Assembly (NCBI GenBank): GCA_012295275.1
Contig: CM022673.1
Location: 19,840,001 to 19,904,000 of the forward strand
Source of the DNA: Chrysomallon squamiferum
Lineage: Eukaryota > Animalia > Mollusca
Length of the DNA: 64,000 bases
Direction of reading: 5' to 3'
Under the pieces are notes generated by a model, which was not told the origin of the DNA, did no database searches, and was given only the letters and a program-made list of their open reading frames with translations. Of this stretch, positions 12,772 through 26,345 are shown in pieces. A program made the translations under genes and the position numbers. Within the stretch, counting starts at the first letter, position 1. The number at the start of each line of letters is the position of its first letter.

Positions 12772-13116
12772 CGACGTCAGCTAACTACTGAAAATGAGGG
12801 AGGGCTCTTACTGGCTTAGGAATGGTAATACACAACGAAATGTTGCTTTGAGATTTGTTGTCAGTGAGAGCGATGTTGATTAGCTTTGGTAACGGTACCA
12901 AGCAATTAATTCGTTTCCCAATTGGCCACGTTCAGAAAGACCTCGAAAAAGAGAGGACCAATACAACCTCAATATAATTCCACAACAATGCACAATCAAC
13001 ATCTCAGAACAGAATGGCAGGCATTCCCCAAGTCTTGCTCATATGTCTGACCAAAAGCATGAGACTTAAGATGTACTGAATGTCTTTACGCCTGAGATGG
13101 ATTCACACACTATTAA
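12772..13116 (+). mobile_element. Degenerate, internally deleted Tc1/mariner transposase remnant
   Basis: N-terminal HTH-like RRQLTTE...WLRNGNTQRNVALRFVVSESDVD*LW*RYQA runs directly into C-terminal-like PIGHVQKDLEK...EWQ..IPQ...LTKSMR...CTECLYA*DGFTHY*. Stops and frameshifts are present. Confidence 0.7.
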
Positions 13117-13157
13117 TCTATGTGCCCATGTGTTCGACGCTTGCCATTTTGGCATCA

Positions 13158-13791
13158 TGTCAAGCAGCCCAAGTATTCTCTGGCGAAGAACAACTCAGAC
13201 GGACATTAGGTTGAACATCACTGATTTTTTGTGCGAAATTTAAAATATTTTTTCTTTGATCAGACAAGCTGTATATGCCAATCCTTTCTGTAAACACTCT
13301 CTTTCTCATCAGCGAAGGCAAAGCAGCCTCTGTACCGTATTTAAAAACTGAAACGATGTTCTGAAGACAATTAGCAAGGCCTTCCATCACATCAGGTATC
13401 TTTGGTATATTGAGACGACAATTCGCATTCGTTGAGCTGAAAAGCGGTCACGTGTTAATCAGCTGATCTTTATTTCATTATTCAGGTCGATTCAAATGTG
13501 TGAAGATTTCCCGAGTCGGTGACTCTTATTGCAATGTATTTACATACACGGTAATGTTTTTTTTTTTGTTTTTTTTTTAATGTACCTGTGAATTCAAAAA
13601 TGATCTAAAGGAATGTAATGCCAAAATTACTGTTAAATGTGTATAATATTTAATGGAATCATTGCCAAATATAGAGTTGGCAAATATCAGCCAAAAAACC
13701 TATCTTTGGCGAAGAACGAGCGGTATTCATCCAAATCCGTATGAGCTGTTCTTCATCAGAAGATACTCTGGCTGCATGTCAGGTCACTAAC
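13158..13791. repeat. Degenerate ~60-bp inverted repeat pair (13158-13220 / ~13725-13791)
   Basis: Reverse complement of the left arm, TCCGTCTGAGTTGTTCTTCGCCAGAGAATACTTGGGCTGCTTGACA, aligns with TCCGTATGAGCTGTTCTTCATCAGAAGATACTCTGGCTGCATGTCA. Confidence 0.65.
13400..13550 (+). promoter_or_regulatory. Putative promoter/first exon of the cobl-like gene
   Basis: One of the last CpG-rich patches before the CpG-poor domain. GTCACGTG at 13447 and CAGCTG at 13460. ATG TAT TTA CAT ACA CG|GTAATG (13534-13550) is phase-compatible with the acceptor at 43200, giving MYLHTRKGMSS. Confidence 0.35.
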
Positions 13792-16700
13792 TTGTAATCT
13801 GTTATATATAGCAGTGATTTTCTGTAAATACAAAACAATAAACTGATTTATTTATTTATTTGAACCTTACTTTCTTTTGGTTAGTAAACTAATAATTGGT
13901 TCACTGCAATTCTTATCACGAAGGTGATATTTAAATTTTCTGTGATAAAAGTGTTTTGAAAATTCAGTTTGTAATAATAGCGTTTATAAACATAGTTCAA
14001 AACTTGTGCACGTTATTGTAGCACTAAATTCGTTTGGTTATTTGAATTACAAACTGACAACATTTTGAAACAGGTAAAATATTGTAAAAGGACTGATTTT
14101 TTGCATCATTTTACAAACATATACTTACTTGCAGTCCAGTTCTTTTCAGTAATATATCTTTTCTTCAAGTAATAGTATTATTTACAAACTACTAATCACC
14201 AACTGAATGATCAATACAATTATAGTAGTACAAAAATAATTTCCACAAACAATTTCTTTTGGCTCCATGAATGCTTTTGAAGGTAGCTTTTTCTTTATAT
14301 TGTAATTTATGTAATAGATGTTGTAATTTTGTATATGGTCATAATACATTTTTAATGTTTTGTGTTATAGTGATTTTTCAACAGTTAATTACCAATACAT
14401 ATTTCCAGAGCATCTAATTTCAGCTGCACACTTTGTTAACTAAATAAATAAACAAACAAATGGAAAAATAAATCCTTCATAAGTAATTGTCATATAATGA
14501 TTTTATAAAATTGTCTGTGATGGATCTAAGATGTTTAGTTATGATAACAAAAGCATTAGTTAAAAATAAACAAGACTGTTCCAACGTTTAAAGCCTACAA
14601 GAATATTTATATACTTATTATATAATAAAACATTTGTGCATGATGTTAATAAAGTATTTACAACATTCCTGACAACTGATAAATTCTATGTACAGTATTG
14701 TATACTGTAATATTCGCAGGTTTTAATATATCCCCCAAACTTCGTACTTTATAATTTTTAGAAAGTAAATATAAAACACTTTAGGATCAAAAATATTTTC
14801 ACAGTTGTTCTAATAATAGTTCAGTAAATTATTTTTTTCATTTTCACTGTTGTTTTTGCAGGAATGATGTTACCTTATTTTTATTTTTAAATCAAGTTAT
14901 CTCCCTTACACTGTCTTTTCTTTTCATAGGCATTTGTTTATTTTCTATAATTAGCAAAGGAATGATTGAATAAATGAATGAATAAATGAATGAATAAATC
15001 AGCTAGTGAGAAACAAAAATATTGTTTAGCCATTTTATGCCTGCTTTGTATTTTTTTTTTTATGTGTGATTTTTTTTTCTTTTAATTCGACATTCTGTAT
15101 AAATCCCTGTGTGTTCATGATAGCAACTGAATTTAGCTTTGTGCAGAAAACTGCCAGATTAATTGCCTCTTTCACAGTGGTAACTATTTTGACATATCTT
15201 TGCATTACTACACGTACTTAGTACGTATCACTTGCTGATTGAATGTGATCAAGAAAACTGAATTTGTGTTGTCACATTTCTCCCTCATTTCTCCCTAAAA
15301 TTTGGACCAAAAATGAAGCTTGATACGGTGTACATTTTAATTATTTATTTATGATTGTTTTGTCAGACCATTTGTCACAAACTGGTTAAATAACTTTTAG
15401 GTAATTTTCATATAAGCAAATGACAAGACAGTTTCAGAAGTTTCAGAAGACAAAGTAACATTTTTTGCGTGAAATATTTTTAAATATGAAATTAAAAACA
15501 AGAGAGAGATTAATTATCATGTATGATCACAATCTGCCCCAGCCATATATAATATTTGGATGCCAATGACTTCTAATGCAGACATATTTTAATCATGTAA
15601 TTATTTATATGGATATTTAATAAAAACAAATAAATCCATTAACCTCATCTGTGCCCCTTTAACATTCAATGGAAATATGATTTTGGGCTTTACTACTATT
15701 TTAATTTCAGATTAAATTTAATTAAAATAATTTCACACCAGTTGTTGAAAAGAAAACAGATTAGTGACCAGATTGTTGGTCAAGTTTAATAGTTCTGTGT
15801 TTCATGATTCCATTTGCAAGCAGTTCTGTGTTTGTCATTAGATCAGATGTACTTTAAATATATTAATTATGTTTCACAACAAGACTGCATGTACTTCTTG
15901 TTTTATCCAAATAATAAAATCTTTCTGAAGGAATGGTTGGTATTTTATGTGTTACTGAAAGTAGAGCTAATACATATCTGAATAGTTCTTATATCTTCAG
16001 ATGTTTTCATTTTTCAGTAAAGCTTATAATAATTGTGTTCAGCATTATCCTTTAAGGTTTTAATATGCTGCTGACTAAGAGGTTTGAACCTATTTCCTTT
16101 CATTTGTAATTCAGAGATCTGATAAGCACATTTTATAAGAGATAAAAACAGGTTAGTCAGGATTCTACATGGAGAGTGTATGTAGCTTGTAGGTGGACTC
16201 TTTCTTTGGTCCATGAGAAAATTTACTCCTGAATCATTTAGGACACTTCTTCTTTCTTATTTTGTGCCTCCCAGGTTCAAATATTTTATTGATTATAATT
16301 GGATTATACACCTGTGAATAAATGCTATTTTTTTAATCAGACAGTTTCACCATTTAATTTTTTTTTTAAATTTTTTTTTCTTAGACTTTTGAAGGGTTTT
16401 TATTATTATGATTTTTTTTTTAAAACATTACCCTTTATTAATATAAAAGGAACAGAAACAACAACAACAGCTATAAAAAAGAACAGAAAAAAAAGAAGAA
16501 AAGAAGGTCCCAAACCAAATGTAATTAAAATGTCATATCTTGTGGTTATGGATAAAATTCTGTGGTTTTCACTTTTCTGTTGGAGAGGTGTTGTATGTGT
16601 GTTTAGCAGCTGTAATATACTTTTCTGTATTCATATATCGGCATGTGCAGAAATATAAATAGAACACAATAATTATTTGATGTTTTACTGAAATCTATTC

Positions 16701-19700
16701 TATTGGAAAAAATTAATCTGATGGTCTCCAAAAGGATACAAAACTAACTTACCTGAAATGTCCATCTGATTGCAAACATTTCAGATATCAGACTAACAGA
16801 ATATCTACGTGACATCTTTACAACAATTTGCTACACACATTACAAGTCTAGATCATGGATTCAAAGAAGAAATGTTACCCAACCAGAAAAAGCTGTTTTT
16901 ATGTGATTTTTTTTCATTTAATAATAGTTTTTAAAGGTTCTAAGATGCAGTATTTAGCTTGCAGTAGAGATCCCTGATAGAAGTGATGTATGTGTACGTG
17001 ATTACAAACAGCTTATTGGAGTGCTGTAATAGTTGCTGAACATTCTGTCAATTGATCATAGTAATTTATGGTTAAAAAATAATGAAGTACATAGCATTGT
17101 TTTTTTTAGGGCAAAGGATTTCTTCTTTACATTAAATGAGATCTGTTTTATGACAAACAAGACAGTGCTTATAATGGTAGGAGAACAATGCAGAATGGCT
17201 AAGGATGGACCTTCCAACTACCCATATATAAAACTAGTAACTATATAGCTAAAGACATGTCCATTTATCTTCTCCACATTCAATGGAATCACCAGTCTAC
17301 CTATTTAATCCATCATCAAGATGACAATGGGCAAAATATCAAATATTATTGTATGGCAAAATGTTTAATTTCACTGAAATAATAAAAAAATATTTTACAG
17401 GTCCAAGTTTTAAAAATTATATTGGAAACCTCATAAAGGAAAATAATTAATAATCTGCTATTATAATATAGGAATTTTGTACTACAATGAATTGTTATTC
17501 AGTTCCAGACATAACCTATATAAAATATACTGATATCACCTGATGAGGTTTACTAGTTATTGCTGAATCTTCTATTGAATGTATATGAAATGCTTATATG
17601 TATGTATGTGTGTGTGTGTGTGTGTGTGTGTGCATTTATGTTTGTGTATATAAATATGTATATGTATTTATGCATGAAGTAGAATGCATGGAGGTTATTT
17701 TGTAGATAGATAGTTATATAGATTTAAATTAAACATTAATTGCTGGTGGTTACATATAACACTCCCCCCCACACACATACCTGTATATTATAAGTGTAGG
17801 TATATATGTATGTGTGTCTAAATAGCTGTATATATCACAGAATATACAGTTTGAAACCTGACATTATCACCTAGGTGCTAATTCACTAGTTGACATTTTG
17901 TCCTACAACAGTTTTTCTACATATCTCTTTATTTACTCAGCCTACAATTTGTACAGCCAGACTATGAAATTTGCCACTTCTCACCAGATCTTCCACATTT
18001 GGTAGGTTAGTTGTTAAATGTCACAGTGATAAATTCACCTGTCTTAGTTCTGTCATGCTTTACTGAACAGCAGAATGTTAAAACTTTGCCTTTAGCTTGT
18101 GTTGGTGGAGACAAGAGTCATTCACAGTTTAATGTGATTGTGTTTCAGATACAGGAACATCTGTAAAAATGTCTGTTCAATATGAACATAAATCATATCC
18201 TTGCAATCTGAAGAAGTAATCTCTTTTGAAAAGGTAGGAATGATTTTATAATAGATGTTTTTTAAGTGGTAATTTTTTCCCCCAATTTATTTAATTTTCT
18301 TGTAACATAATATTATACATAAGATGGATAAAAATTAAAACATTTTTTTAACATTTAGTTGACCTAGTAAATAATGTATATATAGCCTGCAAATATTTCT
18401 TGACATTTTATAATGTATTATGAAAAAATCAATAGATATTACCCACTCCACAATAGGTAACAAAAGTATAAAAAGCAAACACATTTAGAAAAAAAGAAAG
18501 AAAAAAAGTTAAACAGTTGAAAAATAGTGTACAGGTGATCCTGTAACCATAAATTATTATTTGTTTCAGTTTTTCATATTCATTTATCCCATTAGACTAG
18601 CAGAAATGCAATGACTAGTGAAAAAGATTCTATATATAAGTATTTAACAGTTTTAACTGAACTGAGACTCTGCTTTAGAAAGTGTATTAATTTGTATCTC
18701 TTAAATACAGTTTCATACTTTATTTTTCAATATATATTTTATGTTTTAAGTGTTAATGTGTACATTTCTATGTAACTGGGTGTGAAATTATAAGAAATAC
18801 AAAGGATTTCAAATTTTTAATAACATTAATCACCATTTAAATTGTAATTTATTGAAGTAGTCAGAAATATATTTATTTGTAAATTTATAAAATATTACTA
18901 AGTGTCTGTATGGTATAGATTTATATACATGCCCATGGAGGACACTTTATTTTATTTTATCTTTGCATATAATTAAACTATATACCAATAACTGACTTTA
19001 TTAATACTGATTTTATTTTACTTACATTATTTTAGACATCTTAATTATAGAGAATGTTAATCCAGAATTTGTATTTCATAGTTAAAAGATTAATCTTTAT
19101 TATTTTAAGTTAGTTTAAAACTTCCTGCAGGAAAATGTCAGGTAAAAATGTCATTAAGGTTTGACAACTTCTCCACTCGCAAACTGTTTATAGTCATAAT
19201 AATATAAGTAGTATTATCTTTGACACAGCTTACTGAAACAGATGATTTTGTAACTCTGCCCACTATAAACTAACATGATGTATTTCTTCACTGTCCATAT
19301 AGTCAAGTACTTTAAATGCTGTTCTGGACAAAGTGAAAATGGAGGAAAGTAATATTTTTGTGAAACATGGTTATATTCATAAAAATTAAAAACACATTTT
19401 ATTCATTTGTACTTCAGCTACTTATTTATATTTATATATTTTTTTGTTAATGCAGATATATATGAGATATATAAACATACATGAGATATAAATAAAGAAA
19501 CTACTAAATAATTAGTTTTTTTTTGATAAACTGTTCTTTGCTCTTCACAAATGACTATCTGAATTATATCTGTGACTGACAATGTATATTTGGCCAGCTC
19601 CATGCTGACACTTGGATATCTTGTAACATGGTGAGGGATTTGTCAACAAATACTTCAAGCTTTGTAAAACCTCAGTTAGGAGCTATATTGAACACAGGTC

Positions 19701-20446
19701 TTATTCTAGGAAACCTAGTTTTGTCTGCTTGTTATTCATCCAGTGACAACAACATTAATGATTATTTCAGGATGTACAGTGTAACAGATTTAAGTAAGTA
19801 CAAGTTTTAATCTTTACTGATGAATGTTTTGGGGATGAAATATAATTTTATTCTTATTCTTTTTATCTTTTTATTCTTATAAATCTCTGTATTAAATGGT
19901 TGAACGTATGTGTATGCATGTCTTTGTAGGAGTGTAAATGAGAGAGAGAGAAAGAGTAATAGTAAGAAAACAACATTTAAAACCTGTAATTTCAGTGAAA
20001 AATAATTATAGCTCAATTTTAAAAAGATTATCCAGGATGAGAATTCTTTTAAAATATATATTTAATAAAAAATGAAATTACATTTACCTGCTTTTGATGG
20101 ATCATAGGAATGATATGTGTTTCTTGTATGAAGATTTCTATAATAAAAAATTGTACATCACACCAGACTTTACGGATTTTTTTTCTTTAAAATTTGATTG
20201 TTACAAACATGACATTTCTAGTAATCATATATGTGACTATTTCGTAACAATGGTCTTAAGCAATAAAATTTTTTATTTTGTTTGAGAATTTTAAGGTAAA
20301 CAAACATTCAAGGTTGATCAATATTGTTTTATCTTCCACCTATGACTCATTCATGTTTGGACAGTAATATGTCACCATTCACCATTATTACGTGTAAAAG
20401 TATAGTTTTTGTTAGCAAACAAGTCAGTGTGTGTGTGTGTGTGTGT

Positions 20447-21720
20447 GTATTTCCTGTTGATATTAAAATTAACAGATTAATTTTGAATTTCTGCTGTTAT
20501 GAAATTATAGGTATAAAATTATGCTGACATTTAAGGTATTGTATAAAAGGATGTAAATTTTGTAAAGAATATTTTTACTCTAAAAATACTAGTACATACT
20601 ATATTGTTTATTCCAGGAATTTACAGTTTCTAAATATTACTTTAAAATTCATGATTCCTTCAGAATAAAAATGATGATGCATACTATGCATTATTAATGT
20701 TCATTTTTAATGACAGAAAATATATACATATGCATATTAATTTTTGTGCTTGTTTAAAAAACAAAATATATATATTCAAGCTCTTTTTTAAACTGTCAAA
20801 TCATTGGCAAAACAAAATAACAAATTTTTGATGAATCAGTTTATTGTATGAATAAATTTAAGTACCTGAAAGATGTAATTGTGCAGTAAACCTATCAAAT
20901 TTTGTGCAAATATTTCCTGTCAATGATATTAATTTTATCCATAAATAATTATGTAAATTTCTTTTTTGATCAGTCAGTGTATTCTTTATATTTTTGCTAA
21001 TAGATTATTTTGTAGGTGTATTTTAAAGATTATAATATTAGAATGTGGTTCTAATAAGTTTAAAGAACAAACATAGTATTGTGTGTTGATGTTCAAAATC
21101 TAGCACAGGCATTTCTCTTCACAAGAAACTCTCTGTGCAAAACATGAAACATCCTCAACAACAAACCAACATCAGAACAAGCTCATCACTGTGAACTGAA
21201 CAAAACGTATTTTATCTGTAAATCTGCAAGTAATGAATTCTTTCTTACCACAAATTGGGAAAAATCAGAGGAGACTGACAGCTTATACTTTCTCATCTCT
21301 AAACTCCTATAATCATCCAATTTCCTGATCTTTCATATGAAATGATATTTCAAAAATCTTCTAGAGACAACAAGTTTCTTTTTTTTCCCTTCAGACATAA
21401 TAATAGAAGCAACCCATTTATCTGACATGCTTGAATACTGATAAAATCACAGTAAAAGTTTTTGGTAGTCAGAGTGATGTAGCCCATCTTAGTGTCTTTC
21501 ATTTCATTAGAAGTCTGTTCATCTGTTAAGCATGTTGTATATATGTGTTTGTGTGTTCTGTTGGTAGCATTCAGCAGAATTAATATTGTGTTTATAAAAA
21601 TTAATACTGTGTTTATAGATGATATTTTATGTAAATTAGGATCCAATAAAAAAGAGTTAATTTTAACTTGCCTAAACTCAGAACATTTCAAACAATTTCT
21701 TTTTTAACTCTAGATCTAAC
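20447..21720 (+). repeat. Left arm of ~1.27-kb inverted duplication
   Basis: Reverse complement of 28416-29672. Mirrored ORFs 21350-21691(-)/28489-28785(+) and 21492-21707(+)/28446-28643(-) are nearly identical. Confidence 0.95.
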
Positions 21721-22715
21721 TGTAACCCCGCAAAGCATAAACCATACCCATTAACTAATATGTAGTCTGTGCCAATAATTTGTGACTCACTAATATTAAA
21801 ACAAATTATTGTTTGATTCACAGCATCAAACAAATTATCAAATGAATACCATAAGATTTGATGCTAATTAGTTAATAAACTTTTTCAAGTTGAAATTAGA
21901 GTTTTAAAAATGTATAATAGGTATAATTTATATATCTGAAAATTGATATATGTTTTGTATTAGTTTCAATATTATTCATTATAGAGTTACAGACCGGCTT
22001 TTCATTCCATGAAAGCCTGCTTAGGAAATGTTTGTCATATGGGGCATATCACTTAATTTTTGTATTTTAATCTATTGTTTTGGGCTATAAAAAAAAAAAA
22101 AATATTTTGTATTTTAATTTTTTTTTGATATTTGTTACTATATGAGCCAAAACAGTAGTGAGGATATTTAAATACATACAGTTGTGGTAACAAAATATTA
22201 ATATCTAAAAGGTAACAAATAGGTGGAAATAGGTAATAAATATATTAAGTAGTGTCACTTTTTTACAGTTTTATTTTTATATCTTATAATTAATTGTTCA
22301 CATACATTTATAACTAATAAATATTTGTAAACAACTAACTGTAATTCATTTTTTATATAAATGGTATATGTTCAGTTTATTTGTGAACTGACCTATTTTT
22401 GTTAATGTATTGCCTAACTGATCAGTTGAAATATTTTCTGAATGGTGCAAATGTAAGTTGCTAGCCCAGAAGAAACACTTTAAATTGATGTAGGCTTGAA
22501 CAAGATTTCTGTGATTTGAAACACTTTCACAGTGGGCTATTGTCACAGCTGGCAATTTCCATTATTACAGATTACTTCCTTACGCAGGATTAGAACTTGT
22601 TTAATGGTATCCAGGACAGGACTCATACATGAGTTTTCTTTTACTTTTTGTTGTGAATTGGTTCAGCCAATGCAGTTAACTTCACAGGAAAATCATTTGG
22701 AAAAAGTAGGTTGGT

Positions 22716-22973
22716 GGTCAAAAATGGAACATGATAAATGTAAATTAGCCTTTTGTTATGAAAGTATTTAGTTATTCAAGTAGAAAGGAAAGAAGAAAGA
22801 AATACATTTAATATTAGTTTTGATAAAGGAAATTGCCTAGACTGTTAAAATTAATGGTTTTTGTAAATTATCTGTTATCACTTGCAATTTAAAGTAAAGC
22901 TAAAAACATATTTGTTCCATTAAAAGAGAAATTGGTTGATATTTTAGGATATTGTTTGGTGTTTCTGAGATTA
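22716..22973 (+). repeat. Left arm of nested ~255-bp inverted repeat
   Basis: GGTCAAAAATGGAACATGA...GTTTCTGAGATTA is the reverse complement of 24137-24390. Confidence 0.9.
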
Positions 22974-24136
22974 CTTGACAAAAAGAAGTAATTGTTGTTT
23001 ATTTATTAATACAGATAAAAAAAAAAAATAGAGTTTAATAACTCCTTATGGATATCTTTTTATTATAGTTTATATTGCTTCGTGATGTGTAAATAGAACA
23101 AGATAGCTTTTTAATCATGTTTGAAAACTTCACTTCACACTCAGTTATAACATTTTCAGTTCAAATTGTTTTTAATTTGATTGTTAATATGTTCTGTTAT
23201 TTCTGATGTTGTATGTTAACTACTATTCTTTTCACTGTTGTTGCTTTTGTGGCAGACATGTAAAGATATGGAATTTCATGGTATTTCTTACATATTTATT
23301 AATTTAATAATATATTATTTATTAATTCATAATACGCTCTTAGAGGTTTCATTGTACCAATTTATTTTTCAATTTAAAATATTAAATAAAAACATATTTT
23401 TAATTATCATCTACAGGTAATTTTTGTGATAGTTTTGTGCAGTGGATCCCATTCACCATATATTATTCAGACTTTTGACTAAAAATTTAAATAAGTTTAT
23501 CATTCACACTTTATCACTGTCTGTTAGCCCTAAAAAGATATTACTTTGATCAGAAAAATTAATGTTAAAACAATTCTATAATTTACCTCTATTGAACCCA
23601 TTTAAGCATTGTTATTCTAATTAAAGGTTTCCAACTGAAAATTTCACATCAGACACCTTTTACAGTGATATGGTTTCAAACAGCAGTAACATCATCCATA
23701 ACATATAAAACATCTTTGCACTGACAACCTGTTGCCATTGATATATGGTGATGTCAGTTTTTATCATTTGAGTTTAAAAAAAAAAAAAAAATTAATTTGA
23801 ACTTTCTCAAGATTTTCTAAACTGCAGACACCAAATAATAAATAAATATTGTAAAATACCAGGAACACTGAAACAAATAATAAAATAATTCTTTTTCACA
23901 CTTGATTATAATTAGTTTTATTTGCATGTAGCCAGGACATTTTTACCAGTGTGACTTTATTTCAAAATGTTTGTGTGTAATGTTATTAGTAAGCATTATC
24001 TTTGCCATTTTCACATACTCTCAAGAATTATGTTGGTTTTTTTTTTTTTCTTTTTCTTTTTTAAAGCTCAGATAACAAACCCAAAGAAATATATTTTTAG
24101 TATTAACTAAAGAAACTTAAAATACAGCATTATATA

Positions 24137-24390
24137 TAATCTCAGAAATGCCAAACAACATCCTAAAATATCAACCAATTTCTCTTTTTATGGAACAAAT
24201 ATGTTTTTAGCTTTACTTTAAATTGCAAGTGATAACAGATAATTTACAAAAACTATTAATTTTAACTAGGAAATTTCCTTTATCAAAACTAATATTAAAT
24301 GTATTGCTTTCTTTTTTCCTTCCTACTTGATTAACTAAATACTTTCATAACAAAAGGCTAATTTACATTTTTCATGTTCCATTTTTGACC
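24137..24390 (-). repeat. Right arm of nested ~255-bp inverted repeat
   Basis: TAATCTCAGAAATGCCAAAC...CATGTTCCATTTTTGACC; pairs with 22716-22973. Confidence 0.9.
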
Positions 24391-25604
24391 CCTGTATGTG
24401 TAGGTAGACTGTTTAAAAATTAATTTGATAGCTCATTAGTTATTCACACCCATTGATTTTATTAACTGGTTACAGTGATAATGTGCTAGGTGTTGTTTTT
24501 GAGTATGATAACCAATTCTGTTTTTCTCTTTTACATATAAGTAGCATGTGAGTATTGGTTTTTATTAACATTTTCTTCTTTTTTTTCCTCTTTACATTTG
24601 TTATTGTAACATCATCATATTTAAGTTGTTTTGGGAAGTTTGATGATGTATTTTTTAAAGAATACTTTATAACATCAAAACATTATAAAAAGATTCTTGA
24701 TGAAAACAGAATATAACCTTGATTTAATAAGGGAACTGTTTTCTGTTTTCTATTTTATTATTTTTGTTATATATTTTTATAATATAACTGTTGTGTGTTT
24801 CATCTTTCTTTTTAATAATGATTGGTATTTTTTGTTTTCAGAAGGGGGGAATGCAACTCTTTAAAATAAAGATATTATTTTCTTTTCTTTAGAAGTGTCA
24901 TAAAATGTTAGAAAATCCAGTGACATTGAAATTTATAGCATTATTTACTAATATTATTATTTAAAATTATTTAGATTAGGAAAAAAAAAAATAACATTAA
25001 TTTTTTTAGTTGTATCAATCTTCTTTTTTGTTTGTTGAAAAGATGCAGTTTAATAAAAAAAAAAAATGTTTTGCTGTAAAAAACATCATCACAAATGTGT
25101 GTGTAAAATTTCTAAATTAAAATATAAATATTTTATATTTATTAAATACAGATGCAAACAATTTCCATTGTGTCAACAAAATGAGCTTTAAGTTACTTTC
25201 TGAAAAATTTATAATCTTCATGTTATGTAGTTTACACCTCTATGTTTATTTACACAAATAATTTGTTATGCCAGCACAGGTTCAGTATCACATTACAATA
25301 TCTGTTTCAGAGCCAGAATGAATTTAATACTAAACAGTATAAAGTTAATCTTAAATTTGGCAGCATTTTCTTTTTCTTATATAACTGTTATTGCCATAAT
25401 TATTCTTAAGACTGAATTTCAGAAATGAATTTGACTGAAAACTATTATTATGCATATCATTTCCAGTTTTCACTAACATGTTATTTAATCTGAGAGGTTT
25501 TTTCAATCATTCTCATCTGATTTGATATTTTTCAAAAAAAGGCCAAATTTATTGTGATATGGAATGTTTCGTGTAATAAATTTGTGATGTAATTTGTACC
25601 ATCT

Positions 25605-26005
25605 GTGGCAACAAAGGTGTACAAGGGAGGACAGTCTGATGAAGTCTATGCATCTGTGGAATCAATGGAAGATGATCAGCCAAAAGGCCAAATCTTATGC
25701 CAAAACACTGACATCACCAACACCTGCAGTGTGATTGAAGGCAATTTGAATGCAGTGAGGTATCAAGATCAATGTTTGCAAACATTTGTTATTGTTTTTG
25801 CTACAAAACAGCCTCAGAATGACATTATAATATGATAATGTGAAACTACAGATTGCTAGATTTGTACAGCAGTGTCTCAGTCAGAACAATGTTTATATGC
25901 TACCCTGGCCTGTGAGGTTTCCAGGTTTGTCACCAATCGATAATTTCAGGGATGAAATGGAGCAACACTTGTGACATCATCCAAATCCTATAAACAACAC
26001 TATCC
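25605..26005 (+). mobile_element. Tc1-family transposase remnant (catalytic C-terminal part)
   Basis: VIEGNLNAVRYQD...YDN...IARFVQQCLSQNNVYMLPWPVRFPGLSPIDNFRDEMEQHL resembles Tc1 GNLNAxRY / DNA / WPxxSPDLSPIE. Shares GTGATTGAAGGCAATTTGAA with the copy at 52.4 kb. Confidence 0.8.
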
Positions 26006-26345
26006 CTTCACAAGAACATTTGTTGCAGTGCTCCATCATTCACTTTTTATCCTCAGCAGAGCACACACAGAATGTCATAAGATCTTTAATGAAAAATTTC
26101 AAACATGTTTCAGTCATTAGCTTAGAGTTCTAGTGATATTTACAGATGCAAACAGAATGAGTTCCTGATAATCCATCAAAAACTCCATTTTGAATGCAAC
26201 ACTACAAATGAAGAAAATCAAATCTTCTTTTCTGGGAAAAGAATAAAACTTCTTGAGTTTCAATAAGATGAACCTTTTCACCATCTTTATTATGAACAGC
26301 CACAGAATCTTTCATTCCAGGACACATTTGAATGCTTATATGACT
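26005..26345 (-). mobile_element. Degenerate Cys-rich DNA transposase fragment (Sola2-like, tentative)
   Basis: Minus-strand pieces QMCPGMKDSVAVHNKDGEKVH, SGTHSVCICKYH*NSKLM and KDLMTFCVCS...MMEHCNKC match a Cys/His motif typical of invertebrate DNA transposases. Superfamily assignment is uncertain. Confidence 0.55.

Noticed and set aside
13160-13390. 76-aa minus-strand ORF
   Set aside because: No recognisable motif; overlaps a repeat arm; non-ATG start in the track.
19771-19793. Micro-exon candidate TTTCAG|GATGTAC...TTAA|GTAAGT
   Set aside because: Its ATG frame is phase 1 and would hit a stop on joining 43200; unsupported without RNA data.
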